Below are positions 1-9,203 of a stretch of DNA of 64,000 nt, piece after piece. The notes below the pieces were generated by a model. The model saw only the letters and a list, made by a program, of their open reading frames with translations, had not been told where the DNA came from and ran no database searches. Each line of letters starts with the position of its first letter. Position 1 is the first letter of the stretch. The translations under genes and the position numbers were made by a program. The DNA is from Gemmatimonadales bacterium. GTDB lineage: Bacteria; Gemmatimonadota; Gemmatimonadetes; Gemmatimonadales; GWC2-71-9. The stretch lies in contig DASWEL010000006.1 in assembly GCA_036394755.1 (NCBI GenBank), positions 4,475-68,474 of the forward strand, read 5' to 3'.

Positions 1-10
1 GAGCATTGGT

Positions 11-1684
11 TTGCTCGTGGCAGCCGCGGTCGCCGGTTCGATCATCGCTGCCGACGTCTTGCTGCGCCGGCACCTCGAGCAGGAAATCGCGACGGAGCTG
101 GAGCGAGAGGCGCGGCTGGTGGCGGCGTTCGCGCCGGTCGACTCGACCAAGTGGCCGGAGTTTGCGGCGCTGGCGGGCGCGCGCCTCGGTCGTCGCGTCA
201 CGCTCATCGACCCTAACGGCCACGTCCGGGGCGACACCGAGTTCGATCGCGCCTCGCTCGCTCAACTCCAGAATCACCGCGACCGTCCTGAGGTACGCGC
301 CGCACTCGATTCTGCGCGCGGGGTCGGGATGAACGAGCGCCTCAGCGCCTCCACCAACGAACGCCAGATGTACGTAGCGATCCGGGGCGGGCCGCCCGGG
401 CTCGCCGTCGTCCGCGTCTCCGCCACACTCGCGATCGTGGACGCGCAGGTTCATGCCGTCCAACGCGCCGTCGCCGTAGCGGGATTGGTCATGCTGCTCG
501 CGGCCTGGCTCCTCGCCTGGGTGCTCGCGCGCGCCCTGGCCTGGCCGCTGCTCCGCATCGCCGACGCGGCCACGGATATCGCCGCCGGCCGCCCGGCGGA
601 ATTCCCCGACGTGCGCGTCCCCGAGCTCGCCCACCAGGTCGACGCGCTTCGCGCGATGCATCACGAGCTCGAGCGACGCTTCGAAGACCTGCGCCGCCAG
701 CGCGAGGAATCCCGTACGCTGCTCGAGGCGCTGTCGGACGGCGTCCTCGCCGCCGACAAGCGGGGCATCGTCGTCGAGACGAACGCGGCCGCCCGCCGGC
801 TGCTCGGCTACGGAGAAACGGAGCCGTTGCCTCCCCTCGGCGAGCTGTTCCATGACCGCGCCCATCGCGCGTTGATGCGCGAGGTCCTGACCGGCGCGGT
901 GGTCGAGGGACGCGAGCTGGATCTCGGCGACCGCACCGTCGTGTTCTCCGCCCGGCCGCTCGCGGAAGGCGGGACGCTGCTCGTGCTGAGTGATGTTACC
1001 GACGTGCGACGACTCGAAACGGTCCGGCGCGATTTCGTGGCGAACGTGTCGCACGAGCTGAAGACTCCGTTGACGGCCATCGCCGGATACGCCGAGACGC
1101 TCGCGGCTGAGGCGTCGGACGCACAGGCGACGGGGTTCGCGCAGACAATCGTGGAGAACGCGCGGCGCATGCAGCGCCTGGTCGATGACCTGCTCGACCT
1201 CTCGCGCATCGAATCCGGAAGCTGGGAGCCTGAACCGCGAAGCGTCGACGTGGAGATGGCCGCACGAGAAGCGTGGGGTCCCTTCGCCGAGCGCGCCGCG
1301 GGCCGCGACGTCGCGTTCGAAAGCGCAACCAACTCGTCGGCCATCAATGCAGACCCCGAAGCATTGCGGCAGATCTTCACCAACCTGTTCGACAACGCGC
1401 TGCGGCACACGCACCCGCGTGGTCGGATCCGCGTCGGCGCGCAGCGAGCGAGCGGTGCCACTGTCGTGCGAGTCAGCGACACCGGTTCCGGCATCCCGGC
1501 GGATCACCTGCCCCGCATCTTCGAGCGCTTCTACCGCGTAGACCCCGGGCGTTCCCGCCAGGAAGGCGGCACGGGGCTCGGTTTGGCGATAGTCAAACAC
1601 CTGGTCGAGGCACATGGCGGCCGCGTCGAGGCCGAGAGCGAGCTCGGTCGCGGCACCACAATCCTTTTGTACTTCCCGACTTAG
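11..1684 (+). CDS. phoR: Phosphate-regulon sensor histidine kinase (PhoR-like): TM/HAMP, PAS, HisKA and HATPase domains. The frame is open to the left window edge, so the true start may lie upstream.
   Basis: H-box 'FVANVSHELKTPLTAI'. ATPase N/G boxes 'NLFDNALRHT', 'DTGSGIP' and 'GGTGLGLAIVKHLV'. N-terminal hydrophobic segments are present. It lies next to pstSCAB-phoU. Confidence 0.8.
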   Translation: MLVAAAVAGSIIAADVLLRRHLEQEIATELEREARLVAAFAPVDSTKWPEFAALAGARLGRRVTLIDPNGHVRGDTEFDRASLAQLQNHRDRPEVRAALDSARGVGMNERLSASTNERQMYVAIRGGPPGLAVVRVSATLAIVDAQVHAVQRAVAVAGLVMLLAAWLLAWVLARALAWPLLRIADAATDIAAGRPAEFPDVRVPELAHQVDALRAMHHELERRFEDLRRQREESRTLLEALSDGVLAADKRGIVVETNAAARRLLGYGETEPLPPLGELFHDRAHRALMREVLTGAVVEGRELDLGDRTVVFSARPLAEGGTLLVLSDVTDVRRLETVRRDFVANVSHELKTPLTAIAGYAETLAAEASDAQATGFAQTIVENARRMQRLVDDLLDLSRIESGSWEPEPRSVDVEMAAREAWGPFAERAAGRDVAFESATNSSAINADPEALRQIFTNLFDNALRHTHPRGRIRVGAQRASGATVVRVSDTGSGIPADHLPRIFERFYRVDPGRSRQEGGTGLGLAIVKHLVEAHGGRVEAESELGRGTTILLYFPT

Positions 1685-1722
1685 CACTCGTTACACAGCC
1701 GTAACGCGTACGTCACCGACTG

Positions 1723-2901
1723 TTGACCGCCCACGCGCAACGTTGGCTCGTGCGAATTGCGCTCGTAACAGACACGTATACGCCGCAGGTCAACGGCGTC
1801 ACGACAGTGGTCGTCCGGATCGCGAATGTGCTGCGCGACTTCGGCCACGAGGTCGTCGTCGTCGCGCCACGATATCCCGGCCACTCGCCTGCGGACCCGG
1901 GTGAGCTGCGGATTCCGTCGGCGTCGTTTCCGCCGTATCCGGCCATCCGGTTGTCGCTCCCGCGGTTCGGGGCTGTGTCGCGGTTCCTCGACTCGTTTGC
2001 GCCTGATGTCGTGCACGTCGCGACGGAGGGACCGCTCGGGTTGACGGGTCGGCGCTACGCCGTGCGGCGCGCCATTCCCCTGGTGACTTCATATCACACG
2101 AACTTCCCACAGTACGCGGGCCACTACGGTGCCGGCGTCGTTGAGCCGCTCGTCTGGAAATGGCTGCGCTGGTTCCATCGGCCCGCCGTGTTGACGCAGA
2201 CGCCCGGCGAGGCAGTCGCGAACGAGCTGGAACGCCGCGGTATCGGGCGCCCGATCGTTTGGGGTCGCGGCGTGGACACCCTGCACTTCAACCCCTCACG
2301 ACGCAGCGCCGGCTGGCGGCGCTGGCTCGCCGGCGGTGACGATACTGCCATCGTCCTGCATGTCGGCCGGCTGGCTCCCGAGAAAAACATCGATGTGCTC
2401 GCCGAGGCGTGGATCGCCGCCCGCGAGCACGTGGGCCAGCGTGCGACGTTCGTGCTGGCCGGGGACGGGCCGGAAGCGCGCCGCCTGCGCGGGCTGCTGC
2501 CCTGGGTCCGCGAACTCGGCTTTCTCGACCGTGACAAGCTCGCGGATGTATACGCGAGCGCCGACATCTGCGTGCTCCCGTCGAAGACGGAGACGTGTGG
2601 TCTGGTGGCTCTCGAGGCGATGGCCTCGGGGCTCGCCGTCATTGCGGCGGATGCCGGGGGCTTTCGTGAAAGCATCACGCACGGGCAAACGGGACGCCTC
2701 GTTGCGCCTGAGGATGCGACCGGGTTTGCCGCCGAAATTCTGTCCCTGGCCATCAGCCCACCGCGTCGCGCCGCGCTTGGGGCGGCAGCGCGTGCCGCGG
2801 CTGTCGCGCGCGACGTCGCTCCCGAGAACCTCGCGCTGCTGCAGCAGTACATGAAAGCCGCCGGACTCTCCAACGCCGGAGCCGCCTCATGCGCTGCGTA
2901 G
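1723..2901 (+). CDS. GT4-family (GT-B fold) glycosyltransferase. An alternative GTG start at 1750 would give 'MRIALVTD...'.
   Basis: N-terminus 'RIALVTDTYTPQVNGVTTVV' and C-terminal 'PSKTETCGLVALEAMASGLAVIA' (E-x7-E type GT4 signature). Its 3' end overlaps the next gene's start. Confidence 0.8.
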   Translation: MTAHAQRWLVRIALVTDTYTPQVNGVTTVVVRIANVLRDFGHEVVVVAPRYPGHSPADPGELRIPSASFPPYPAIRLSLPRFGAVSRFLDSFAPDVVHVATEGPLGLTGRRYAVRRAIPLVTSYHTNFPQYAGHYGAGVVEPLVWKWLRWFHRPAVLTQTPGEAVANELERRGIGRPIVWGRGVDTLHFNPSRRSAGWRRWLAGGDDTAIVLHVGRLAPEKNIDVLAEAWIAAREHVGQRATFVLAGDGPEARRLRGLLPWVRELGFLDRDKLADVYASADICVLPSKTETCGLVALEAMASGLAVIAADAGGFRESITHGQTGRLVAPEDATGFAAEILSLAISPPRRAALGAAARAAAVARDVAPENLALLQQYMKAAGLSNAGAASCAA

Positions 2902-3716
2902 TGCTCGTCCTCGCCGATGGCCTGCGCCCCGACGCCATCACGCCGACGGATATGCCGTCGCTCGACGCGCTGGCTCGGACCTACACGATGGCACTACGGG
3001 CGCGGACGGTGCGCCCCAGTCGCACGGTCGCGGCGCTCGCCTCGCTTGCGACCGGCGTCGCGCCGGAGACGCACGGCTTGATCGAGCCGGGCCTGGGGTT
3101 CCTCGCCCACCTGCCGGCTCTGCGCCCGTTGGCTCGCGAGCTGTCGCGCGGTAGCGTGCCCAGCCAGGTCGTCGCGAGCGAGCTGCTCCCGGCCGAGCGG
3201 GCGGTGCTGTGGGCGCTCACGAAAGCGGCGGGGCTCGGGAAGTACCGCTCCGCCGGTCTACGCGCACGCGACGTCGCGCGGGCGGCCCAGGCCGCCGCGC
3301 TCGCCCCGTCAGCTGGTTTGGTCTTCGTGTATCTGAACGATTGCGACCAGGCGGGACACGCGCACGGCTGGATGTCGCCGCAATATCGCGCCGCGGCGGT
3401 CGAGGTGGACGCCGCGATCGGTGTGCTTGCGGATCTCACCGAACACTCGCTGGTCATCGTGATGGCCGATCACGGCGGTGGAGGCGTGAGCACATACGAC
3501 CACGCCGAGCCGCACCCCATCAACGATCACATCCCCCTCATTCTCGCCGGTCCCGACGTTACGCGCCGCCACCAGCTCACGCGCCAGGTGTCGTTGCTCG
3601 ATGTTCCCCCGACGCTGCTGTGGTGGTTCGGCCTGGACGTTCCGGCGGCCTACGAGGGTCGGGTGCTCACGCAGGCGTTTACGCGGACGTCCGACCCCGT
3701 CGAGGCGGGCGTCTGA
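2889..3716 (+). CDS. Alkaline-phosphatase-superfamily enzyme, nucleotide pyrophosphatase/phosphodiesterase (NPP)-like.
   Basis: 'VLVLADGLRPD' (metal-binding Asp), 'PSRTVAALASLATG' (nucleophile region resembling the NPP 'PT.T.PNH..TG' motif), 'DQAGHAHG' and 'VMADHGGGG'. Overlaps the upstream GT (2889 vs 2901) and shares a TGATG junction with the downstream PAP2 gene. Confidence 0.65.
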   Translation: MRCVVLVLADGLRPDAITPTDMPSLDALARTYTMALRARTVRPSRTVAALASLATGVAPETHGLIEPGLGFLAHLPALRPLARELSRGSVPSQVVASELLPAERAVLWALTKAAGLGKYRSAGLRARDVARAAQAAALAPSAGLVFVYLNDCDQAGHAHGWMSPQYRAAAVEVDAAIGVLADLTEHSLVIVMADHGGGGVSTYDHAEPHPINDHIPLILAGPDVTRRHQLTRQVSLLDVPPTLLWWFGLDVPAAYEGRVLTQAFTRTSDPVEAGV

Positions 3717-4144
3717 TGCGCTGGCTCACGCACCTCGGCGGCGCGCGGGTGACGATCGGCATCGGCCTGTTGCTCGTCGCGGCGGGCGAGCGGCTGCTCG
3801 GTGTCGCCGCGCTGTTTGCGCTGACGACGTCGCACCTGGCGGTACAGGTGCTGAAGCGTGCCGTCGCGCGGCCACGGCCGTGCGACGCGAACGGGCGCTT
3901 GCTGGCGCTGATCGACCTGCCGGATCCGTACTCCTTCCCTTCCGGTCACGCCGCGGCGGCATCGGCAGTGAGCGGCACCGTGGCGCTCGCTCACCCCTTG
4001 CTCGCTCCAATTCTCCTGCCGATTGCGGCGCTGATCGCGATCTCGCGCGTTTCGTTGCGCGTCCATCACGTCGGCGATGTCATCGGGGGCGTGGTGCTTG
4101 GGCTGGCCGGCGCGATCGGCGCCGCAGCCCTCATTCTGCACTGA
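3716..4144 (+). CDS. PAP2-family (type 2 phosphatidic acid / lipid phosphate) phosphatase, integral membrane.
   Basis: The three PAP2 motifs are present: 'KRAVARPRP' (KxxxxxxRP), 'PSGH' and 'SRVSLRVHHVGD' (SRxxxxxHxxxD). There are several hydrophobic helices. The ATG at 3716 overlaps the TGA of the preceding gene. Only the last 142 codons of track ORF 3209..4144 are used. Confidence 0.8.
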   Translation: MRWLTHLGGARVTIGIGLLLVAAGERLLGVAALFALTTSHLAVQVLKRAVARPRPCDANGRLLALIDLPDPYSFPSGHAAAASAVSGTVALAHPLLAPILLPIAALIAISRVSLRVHHVGDVIGGVVLGLAGAIGAAALILH

Positions 4145-4342
4145 CAATCGTCATGTGCCCGGCGGCGGATTGCACGGCCGACTGTCCGGGTGCCCAGGTA
4201 GCGGGGGCCAGCACGGCTCCGCTATCTGCGCATCTGCCCGTTACGCAATTGTGACATCGCCGACTCACGCCAGTGATGCCGAGCGACCAGGTTTTCAGCC
4301 GTGAACGCAGTCAACAATCACCCCAAGTCTTGAGGAGTACTC

Positions 4343-5395
4343 GTGCACGCAAGACTGTCGTATCCGCTCGTGGCGCTGGCGATGTTGGGCGGGTTCGCTG
4401 TCCCCGCCGCTGCTCAGGCGCCCGCCGCGCAGGCGCCGCAGGTCACCGTCGGCGGTGTTGCCTATCTGCAGTACCTCTACCAACTCAAGGACACCACCAA
4501 CCACAACAACAACTTCGACGTGACCCGGGCGTACATCAACGTCCTCGGACGGTTCTCGGGTGGCGTCAGCACACGCATCACGGCGGACATCCAGCGCGTC
4601 GGTGCCGGCGACAACTCACTGCGCTATCGGCTCAAGTACGCGTTCGTCGCGTATACGCCCCAGGGCAGCTCACTCACCTACAAGCTCGGTCAGATCCACA
4701 CGCCCTTCATCGATTGGGAAGAGGCACTGTGGGATTACCGCATGCAAGGGCAGATGGCGATGGAGCGTGGCGCCTACCTCTCATCGTCGGACTTCGGTCT
4801 GGGCGTGGACGGCAACTGGAACGCCGACAAGGTCAATATGCAGGTCGGGATCTACAACGGAGAGAGCTATAGCGGCGGGACCGGCGACAAGCGCAAGGAC
4901 TTCATGGGTCGTGTGTCGGTACGCGTCAAGCCGACCGATGACGCCAGCCGCGTCGGTGGCCTTCGTGTCACCGCGTATGGGCAGTACGGTAAGCCGACCA
5001 GCGGCGGCCAGCGGAGCCGGCTGCTCGGCATGGTGTCGTACCGGACGAAGCAGATCACGTTGGCGGGCGAATACGCCGTGACGAAGGACAGCACCACGGG
5101 ACCAGTGCCAGCCCCCGTCGCCCATTCGTCCGGCTCAGTCGCCAGCTTCTTCGGTGTGTACCGCTTCACCAACTCGAAGGCGGCGGTACTCGCCCGCGTG
5201 GATCTGACGGATCCGAACACGAATGTCGGTAACAACCGCCTAACGCGGTTCATTGGCGGCGCCTCGTATCAGCTTTCGCCAAACCTCCGCCTGCTCGCAG
5301 ACCTGGATATGCTCTCGTACCAGGGCGGCGCGCCGACGCCGGCAGCCGAGGCGACACGCTCGCAAGCATTTTTCCAAGCGCAATTCACGTTCTAA
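4343..5395 (+). CDS. Outer-membrane beta-barrel porin, possibly phosphate-selective by context.
   Basis: GTG start preceded by GAGGAG at 4332-4337. Signal peptide 'LVALAMLGGFAVPAAAQA'. Alternating beta-strand-like pattern and an aromatic C-terminus '...FQAQFTF'. Located directly upstream of pstS. Confidence 0.55.
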   Translation: MHARLSYPLVALAMLGGFAVPAAAQAPAAQAPQVTVGGVAYLQYLYQLKDTTNHNNNFDVTRAYINVLGRFSGGVSTRITADIQRVGAGDNSLRYRLKYAFVAYTPQGSSLTYKLGQIHTPFIDWEEALWDYRMQGQMAMERGAYLSSSDFGLGVDGNWNADKVNMQVGIYNGESYSGGTGDKRKDFMGRVSVRVKPTDDASRVGGLRVTAYGQYGKPTSGGQRSRLLGMVSYRTKQITLAGEYAVTKDSTTGPVPAPVAHSSGSVASFFGVYRFTNSKAAVLARVDLTDPNTNVGNNRLTRFIGGASYQLSPNLRLLADLDMLSYQGGAPTPAAEATRSQAFFQAQFTF

Positions 5396-5418
5396 CGCAG
5401 ACTCGGAGAGAACTACTC

Positions 5419-6471
5419 ATGAAGCTCACACGATTCCTCGCCACCGCCGCGCTGCTCGGCACCGCCCTCCCGGCGGCCGCGCAGGTCACGCTGAACGGCG
5501 CCGGGGCGACGTTCCCGAACATCATCTATTCGAACTGGATGCTGACGTACAATCAGGGGCATCCCGATGTGAAGCTGAACTACCAATCGATCGGGTCGGG
5601 CGGCGGCATCCGTCAGTTCTCCGACGGCACCGTCGATTTCGGCGCTACCGACGCCCCGATGACCGACTCGGCCATCGCCGCCATTAAGGGTGACGTCCTG
5701 CATATCCCCACGGTGCTCGGCGCCGTCGTTGCCGCGTACACGCTGCCCGATGTCTCCCAGCCGATTCGTATCACCCCGGACGTCCTGGCCGACATCTTTC
5801 TCGGTAAAGTCACGAAGTGGAATGACGCACGGTTGGCGAGCATCAACCCCGGCGTCACCCTGCCGAACCAGGACATCATCGTCGTGCACCGCTCGGACGG
5901 TTCCGGCACGTCGTTCGTCTGGACCGACTACCTCTCCAAGGTCAGCCCGGAGTGGGCGCAGAAAGTCGGCAAGGGTCCGTCGGTAAACTGGCCGGTGGGG
6001 CTCGGCGGCCGGGGCAATGAAGGCGTCGCGGCGACCGTCCGGCAGACGCCCGGCGCAATTGGCTACATCGAGCTCGGGTATGCCTTGATCAACAAGATGC
6101 CGTTCGCGGTGCTGAGGAATCAGGCGGGCAACTGGATTACCGCCTCGTTGGAATCGGTGACCGCCGCCGCCGCCGGTGGGATGAAGGACATGGGTCCGAA
6201 TACCGACTTCCGGGTGTCCATCACCAACTCGCCGGGTGCACAGGCGTATCCCGGCGCGAGCTTCACCTGGCTCTTGGTGCACAAGACGTACAGCGATACC
6301 GCCAAGGCCCGGGCGCTGGTGCAGTTCGTCTGGTGGGCGGAAACCGACGGCCAGGCGAAGGCGCCGGAGCTCGGCTATTCGCCGCTGCCTCAGGAGCTGC
6401 GCCCTTGGATCCAAGCCCGCTTGAAGAGCGTCACGGCTGGCGGGCGGTCGGTCTGGAAAACGGCAGAGTAA
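5419..6471 (+). CDS. pstS: Phosphate ABC transporter substrate-binding protein PstS.
   Basis: Signal peptide followed by 'LNGAGATFPNIIYSNWM', 'YQSIGSGGGI', 'FGATDAPM' and 'SDGSGTSF', which are typical PstS motifs. RBS GGAGAG at 5405-5410. Confidence 0.95.
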   Translation: MKLTRFLATAALLGTALPAAAQVTLNGAGATFPNIIYSNWMLTYNQGHPDVKLNYQSIGSGGGIRQFSDGTVDFGATDAPMTDSAIAAIKGDVLHIPTVLGAVVAAYTLPDVSQPIRITPDVLADIFLGKVTKWNDARLASINPGVTLPNQDIIVVHRSDGSGTSFVWTDYLSKVSPEWAQKVGKGPSVNWPVGLGGRGNEGVAATVRQTPGAIGYIELGYALINKMPFAVLRNQAGNWITASLESVTAAAAGGMKDMGPNTDFRVSITNSPGAQAYPGASFTWLLVHKTYSDTAKARALVQFVWWAETDGQAKAPELGYSPLPQELRPWIQARLKSVTAGGRSVWKTAE

Positions 6472-6491
6472 CTCGCTGACGTACGCACATA

Positions 6492-6533
6492 GGCCGCCTC
6501 CCGATGCGCTTTCAGAGGCGTCGGGAGGCGGCC
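6492..6533 (+). terminator. GC-rich stem-loop between pstS and pstC. It could be a partial terminator, attenuator or mRNA-stabilising hairpin.
   Basis: 13-bp perfect stem GGCCGCCTCCCGA (6492-6504) pairing with TCGGGAGGCGGCC (6521-6533). It is followed by ACTTTCG, a weak T tract. Confidence 0.45.
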
Positions 6534-6605
6534 ACTTTCGTAGTGACAATTCCGTTACATCGTTGTGACGGTGACTCCATGAGGCGCCGGTAGGTTTCCG
6601 GCGCG

Positions 6606-7598
6606 ATGACCAGCCTCCCAGTTCCTCCCCCTCCGTCCGAGACCGCACCCTCCCGCTGGCAGTCGCTCCTCGGCAGAGATCGCAGCGATCGCATTTATCG
6701 GCGTGTGCTGACCGCGTTTGCACTCGCGCTGCCGCTGCTGATCGTCATCATCCTCGGCGTGCTGTTCGTGGAAGCCTGGCCGGCACTCAAGCGGTTCGGG
6801 CCGTCGTTCCTGTGGACGTCGACTTGGGATCCTGTCGCCGAGGTATACGGCGCGGCACCGATGATCTTCGGGACGCTGGCGTCGTCGGTGCTGGCACTGC
6901 TGATCGCCGTGCCGCTCGCGCTCAGTGTCGCGATTTTCCTGACGGAGTTTTCCCCGCGGTGGCTGCGCCAGCCGGTGGCTTTTCTGGTCGAGCTGCTGGC
7001 CGCGATCCCCAGCGTCGTCTATGGCATGTGGGGCATCTTCGTCCTGATCCCCTTCCTGCGGAGCTACGTGGTGCCGCCCCTGAAGGCGGTGTTCGGATGG
7101 ACGCCGCTTCTCCAGGGCGTCTTCTACGGCAATTCGCTGCTCGCCGGCGGCGTCATTCTCGCGATCATGATCGTGCCGTACATCGCCGCCGTGTCGCGCG
7201 AGGTGCTGCTGGCGGTACCCACGAGCCAGCGCGAAGCGGCGCTCGCGATGGGCGCCACGCGCTGGGAAGCGGTCCGCTCTGCGGTACTGCCGTACGGCCG
7301 CGCCGGTCTGATCGGCGCGATCATCCTCGGGCTCGGCCGGGCGCTCGGGGAAACGATGGCGGTCACGATGGTCATCGGGAATCGCCACGACATCGGGGTG
7401 TCGGTGCTGCAGCCGGCGTACACGATGGCCGCGGCGATCGCGAACGAGTTCAGTGAAGCGACGACCGCCACGTACCAGTCCGCCCTCATGGAAGTCGGTC
7501 TGATTCTCTTTGTGCTCACGGTGGCGGTCAACGCCATCGCGCGCATTCTGATCTGGCGCGTCGCCCGCGGGGCCGCCGTGGGGAGCACGGCGCTGTGA
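6606..7598 (+). CDS. pstC: Phosphate ABC transporter permease PstC.
   Basis: Multi-TM protein with the EAA loop 'REAALAMGATRWEAV'. Gene order is pstS-C-A-B. Confidence 0.9.
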   Translation: MTSLPVPPPPSETAPSRWQSLLGRDRSDRIYRRVLTAFALALPLLIVIILGVLFVEAWPALKRFGPSFLWTSTWDPVAEVYGAAPMIFGTLASSVLALLIAVPLALSVAIFLTEFSPRWLRQPVAFLVELLAAIPSVVYGMWGIFVLIPFLRSYVVPPLKAVFGWTPLLQGVFYGNSLLAGGVILAIMIVPYIAAVSREVLLAVPTSQREAALAMGATRWEAVRSAVLPYGRAGLIGAIILGLGRALGETMAVTMVIGNRHDIGVSVLQPAYTMAAAIANEFSEATTATYQSALMEVGLILFVLTVAVNAIARILIWRVARGAAVGSTAL

Positions 7599-8443
7599 CC
7601 GCGAGCGCGTTTCGTCGCCACCTCGTGAGCTGCGTGATGACGGTGCTGGTCGTCATCCTGTCGTTCACCGCCGTGCTCGCGCTGGTGCTCATCCTCGGCA
7701 ACCTCATCGCGAAGGGCGCGTCGTCGATCGACTGGGCGTTCTTCACCAAGAGCCCAGTACCGGCAGGACAGTCGGGTGGCGGCGTCGCCAATGCGATCGC
7801 GGGGAGCGGGATCATCGTCGGTGTCGCCGCATTGATCGGCGTCCCGATCGGCGTCGGCGCGGGTTTGTACCTGGCCGAATACGGCTCGGGACGGCTCGGC
7901 TTTTTCGTGCGATTCATCGCCGACGTCCTGAACGGCACCCCATCGATCGTCGTCGGCATCGTAGCGTGGACCTTCATCGTGAAGCCGACCAGCCATTTCT
8001 CCGCCTTAGCGGGCAGCGTCGCCCTCGCGATCCTGATGATCCCGATGCTGGCGCGGACGACGGAAGAGATGGTACGACTGGTGCCGAACTCGCTCCGCGA
8101 GGCGGCGCTGGCGCTCGGGTACCCGCGCTGGCGGACATCGTTGAAGGTCGTGGCGCGCACGGCGATGACCGGCATCGTGACCGGCTGCCTCGTGGGAATC
8201 GCCCGGATCGCCGGCGAGACCGCGCCCCTCCTCTTCACGGCGCTGGGCAACCTGAACTTTACGCTGAACGTCAATCAACCGATGCAGACGTTGTCGCTCC
8301 AGATCTACGTGTATGCGACAGGCCCGTTCGACGAGTGGCACCGGCTGGCGTGGGCATCCGCGCTCGTGCTGATGGGACTCGTGCTCGTGATTTCTCTGAC
8401 CGCCCGCTGGGTCACGAGGGCCAGATATGGTCGCATCCGCTAA
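7595..8443 (+). CDS. pstA: Phosphate ABC transporter permease PstA.
   Basis: Multi-TM protein with the EAA loop '[14 protein letters not shown]'. It shares a 4-nt overlap with pstC. Confidence 0.9.
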   Translation: MTASAFRRHLVSCVMTVLVVILSFTAVLALVLILGNLIAKGASSIDWAFFTKSPVPAGQSGGGVANAIAGSGIIVGVAALIGVPIGVGAGLYLAEYGSGRLGFFVRFIADVLNGTPSIVVGIVAWTFIVKPTSHFSALAGSVALAILMIPMLARTTEEMVRLVPNSLREAALALGYPRWRTSLKVVARTAMTGIVTGCLVGIARIAGETAPLLFTALGNLNFTLNVNQPMQTLSLQIYVYATGPFDEWHRLAWASALVLMGLVLVISLTARWVTRARYGRIR

Positions 8444-9203
8444 CACCCGGCTGCGGCTCGAGACGGCGCACCTCACCGCACTGTTCGGGCAACATCGCGC
8501 GGTGCGGGACGTCTCGCTCCTGTTCCCCGCGAACACCGTTACCGCGATCATCGGCCCCTCAGGGTGCGGCAAAAGCACCCTGCTCCGCTGCCTGAACCGC
8601 ATGCACGAGTTGACGCCCGGCGCGAGTGTCGATGGCGTAGTCCTGCTCGATGACGTGAACATATACGCCGGCGACGTGAACGCGGTCGAGCTGCGCCGCC
8701 GGATCGGCATGGTGTTCCAGCGTCCCACGCCGTTCCCGACGATGTCGATCTACGACAACGTCGCCGCGGGACTCAAGGTCAACGGACGCAAGCCGAGACC
8801 GGAAGTGGACGACGCCGTGTCGCGGGCGCTACAGCAAGCGGCGCTGTGGGAAGAAGTGAAGGATCGGCTGCACACCAGCGCGCTGGATCTGTCGGGCGGG
8901 CAGCAGCAGCGACTCTGCATCGCACGGGCGGTCGCTCCCCAGCCGGAAATTCTGCTGCTCGACGAGCCGACCGCCTCCCTCGATCCCGCCGGGACGCAGC
9001 GCATAGAGGAGCTGTGCCACGCGCTGAAGCGCCTCTACACGATCGTCATCGTGACCCACAACATGCAGCAGGCGGCGCGCGTTTCCGACTACACCGCATT
9101 CATGTACCTGGGCAGCCTCATCGAGGTAGGACGCACGGACGAGATCTTCACCAAGCCGAAGGTCGAGCAGACTGAAGCGTACATCACCGGACGGTTCGGA
9201 TGA
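8427..9203 (+). CDS. pstB: Phosphate ABC transporter ATP-binding protein PstB (copy 1).
   Basis: Walker A 'GPSGCGKST', signature 'LSGGQQQRL', Walker B 'ILLLDEP' and the PstB-typical C-terminus '[10 protein letters not shown]'. Confidence 0.95.
   Translation: MVASANTRLRLETAHLTALFGQHRAVRDVSLLFPANTVTAIIGPSGCGKSTLLRCLNRMHELTPGASVDGVVLLDDVNIYAGDVNAVELRRRIGMVFQRPTPFPTMSIYDNVAAGLKVNGRKPRPEVDDAVSRALQQAALWEEVKDRLHTSALDLSGGQQQRLCIARAVAPQPEILLLDEPTASLDPAGTQRIEELCHALKRLYTIVIVTHNMQQAARVSDYTAFMYLGSLIEVGRTDEIFTKPKVEQTEAYITGRFG

Noticed and set aside
3209-4144. 311-aa ORF overlapping the NPP-like gene.
   Set aside because: Only the segment from the ATG at 3716 is PAP2-like and hydrophobic. The upstream 169 codons are an Arg-rich alternative frame of the preceding gene.
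5413-6723. 436-aa ORF on the minus strand across pstS.
   Set aside because: It is antisense to an unmistakable PstS. The translation is Arg/Gly/Asp/His-rich with no motifs, which is the typical open 'shadow' frame of GC-rich DNA. The same reasoning applies to 6555..7388, 7124..7996 and 7528..8274 opposite pstC/pstA.
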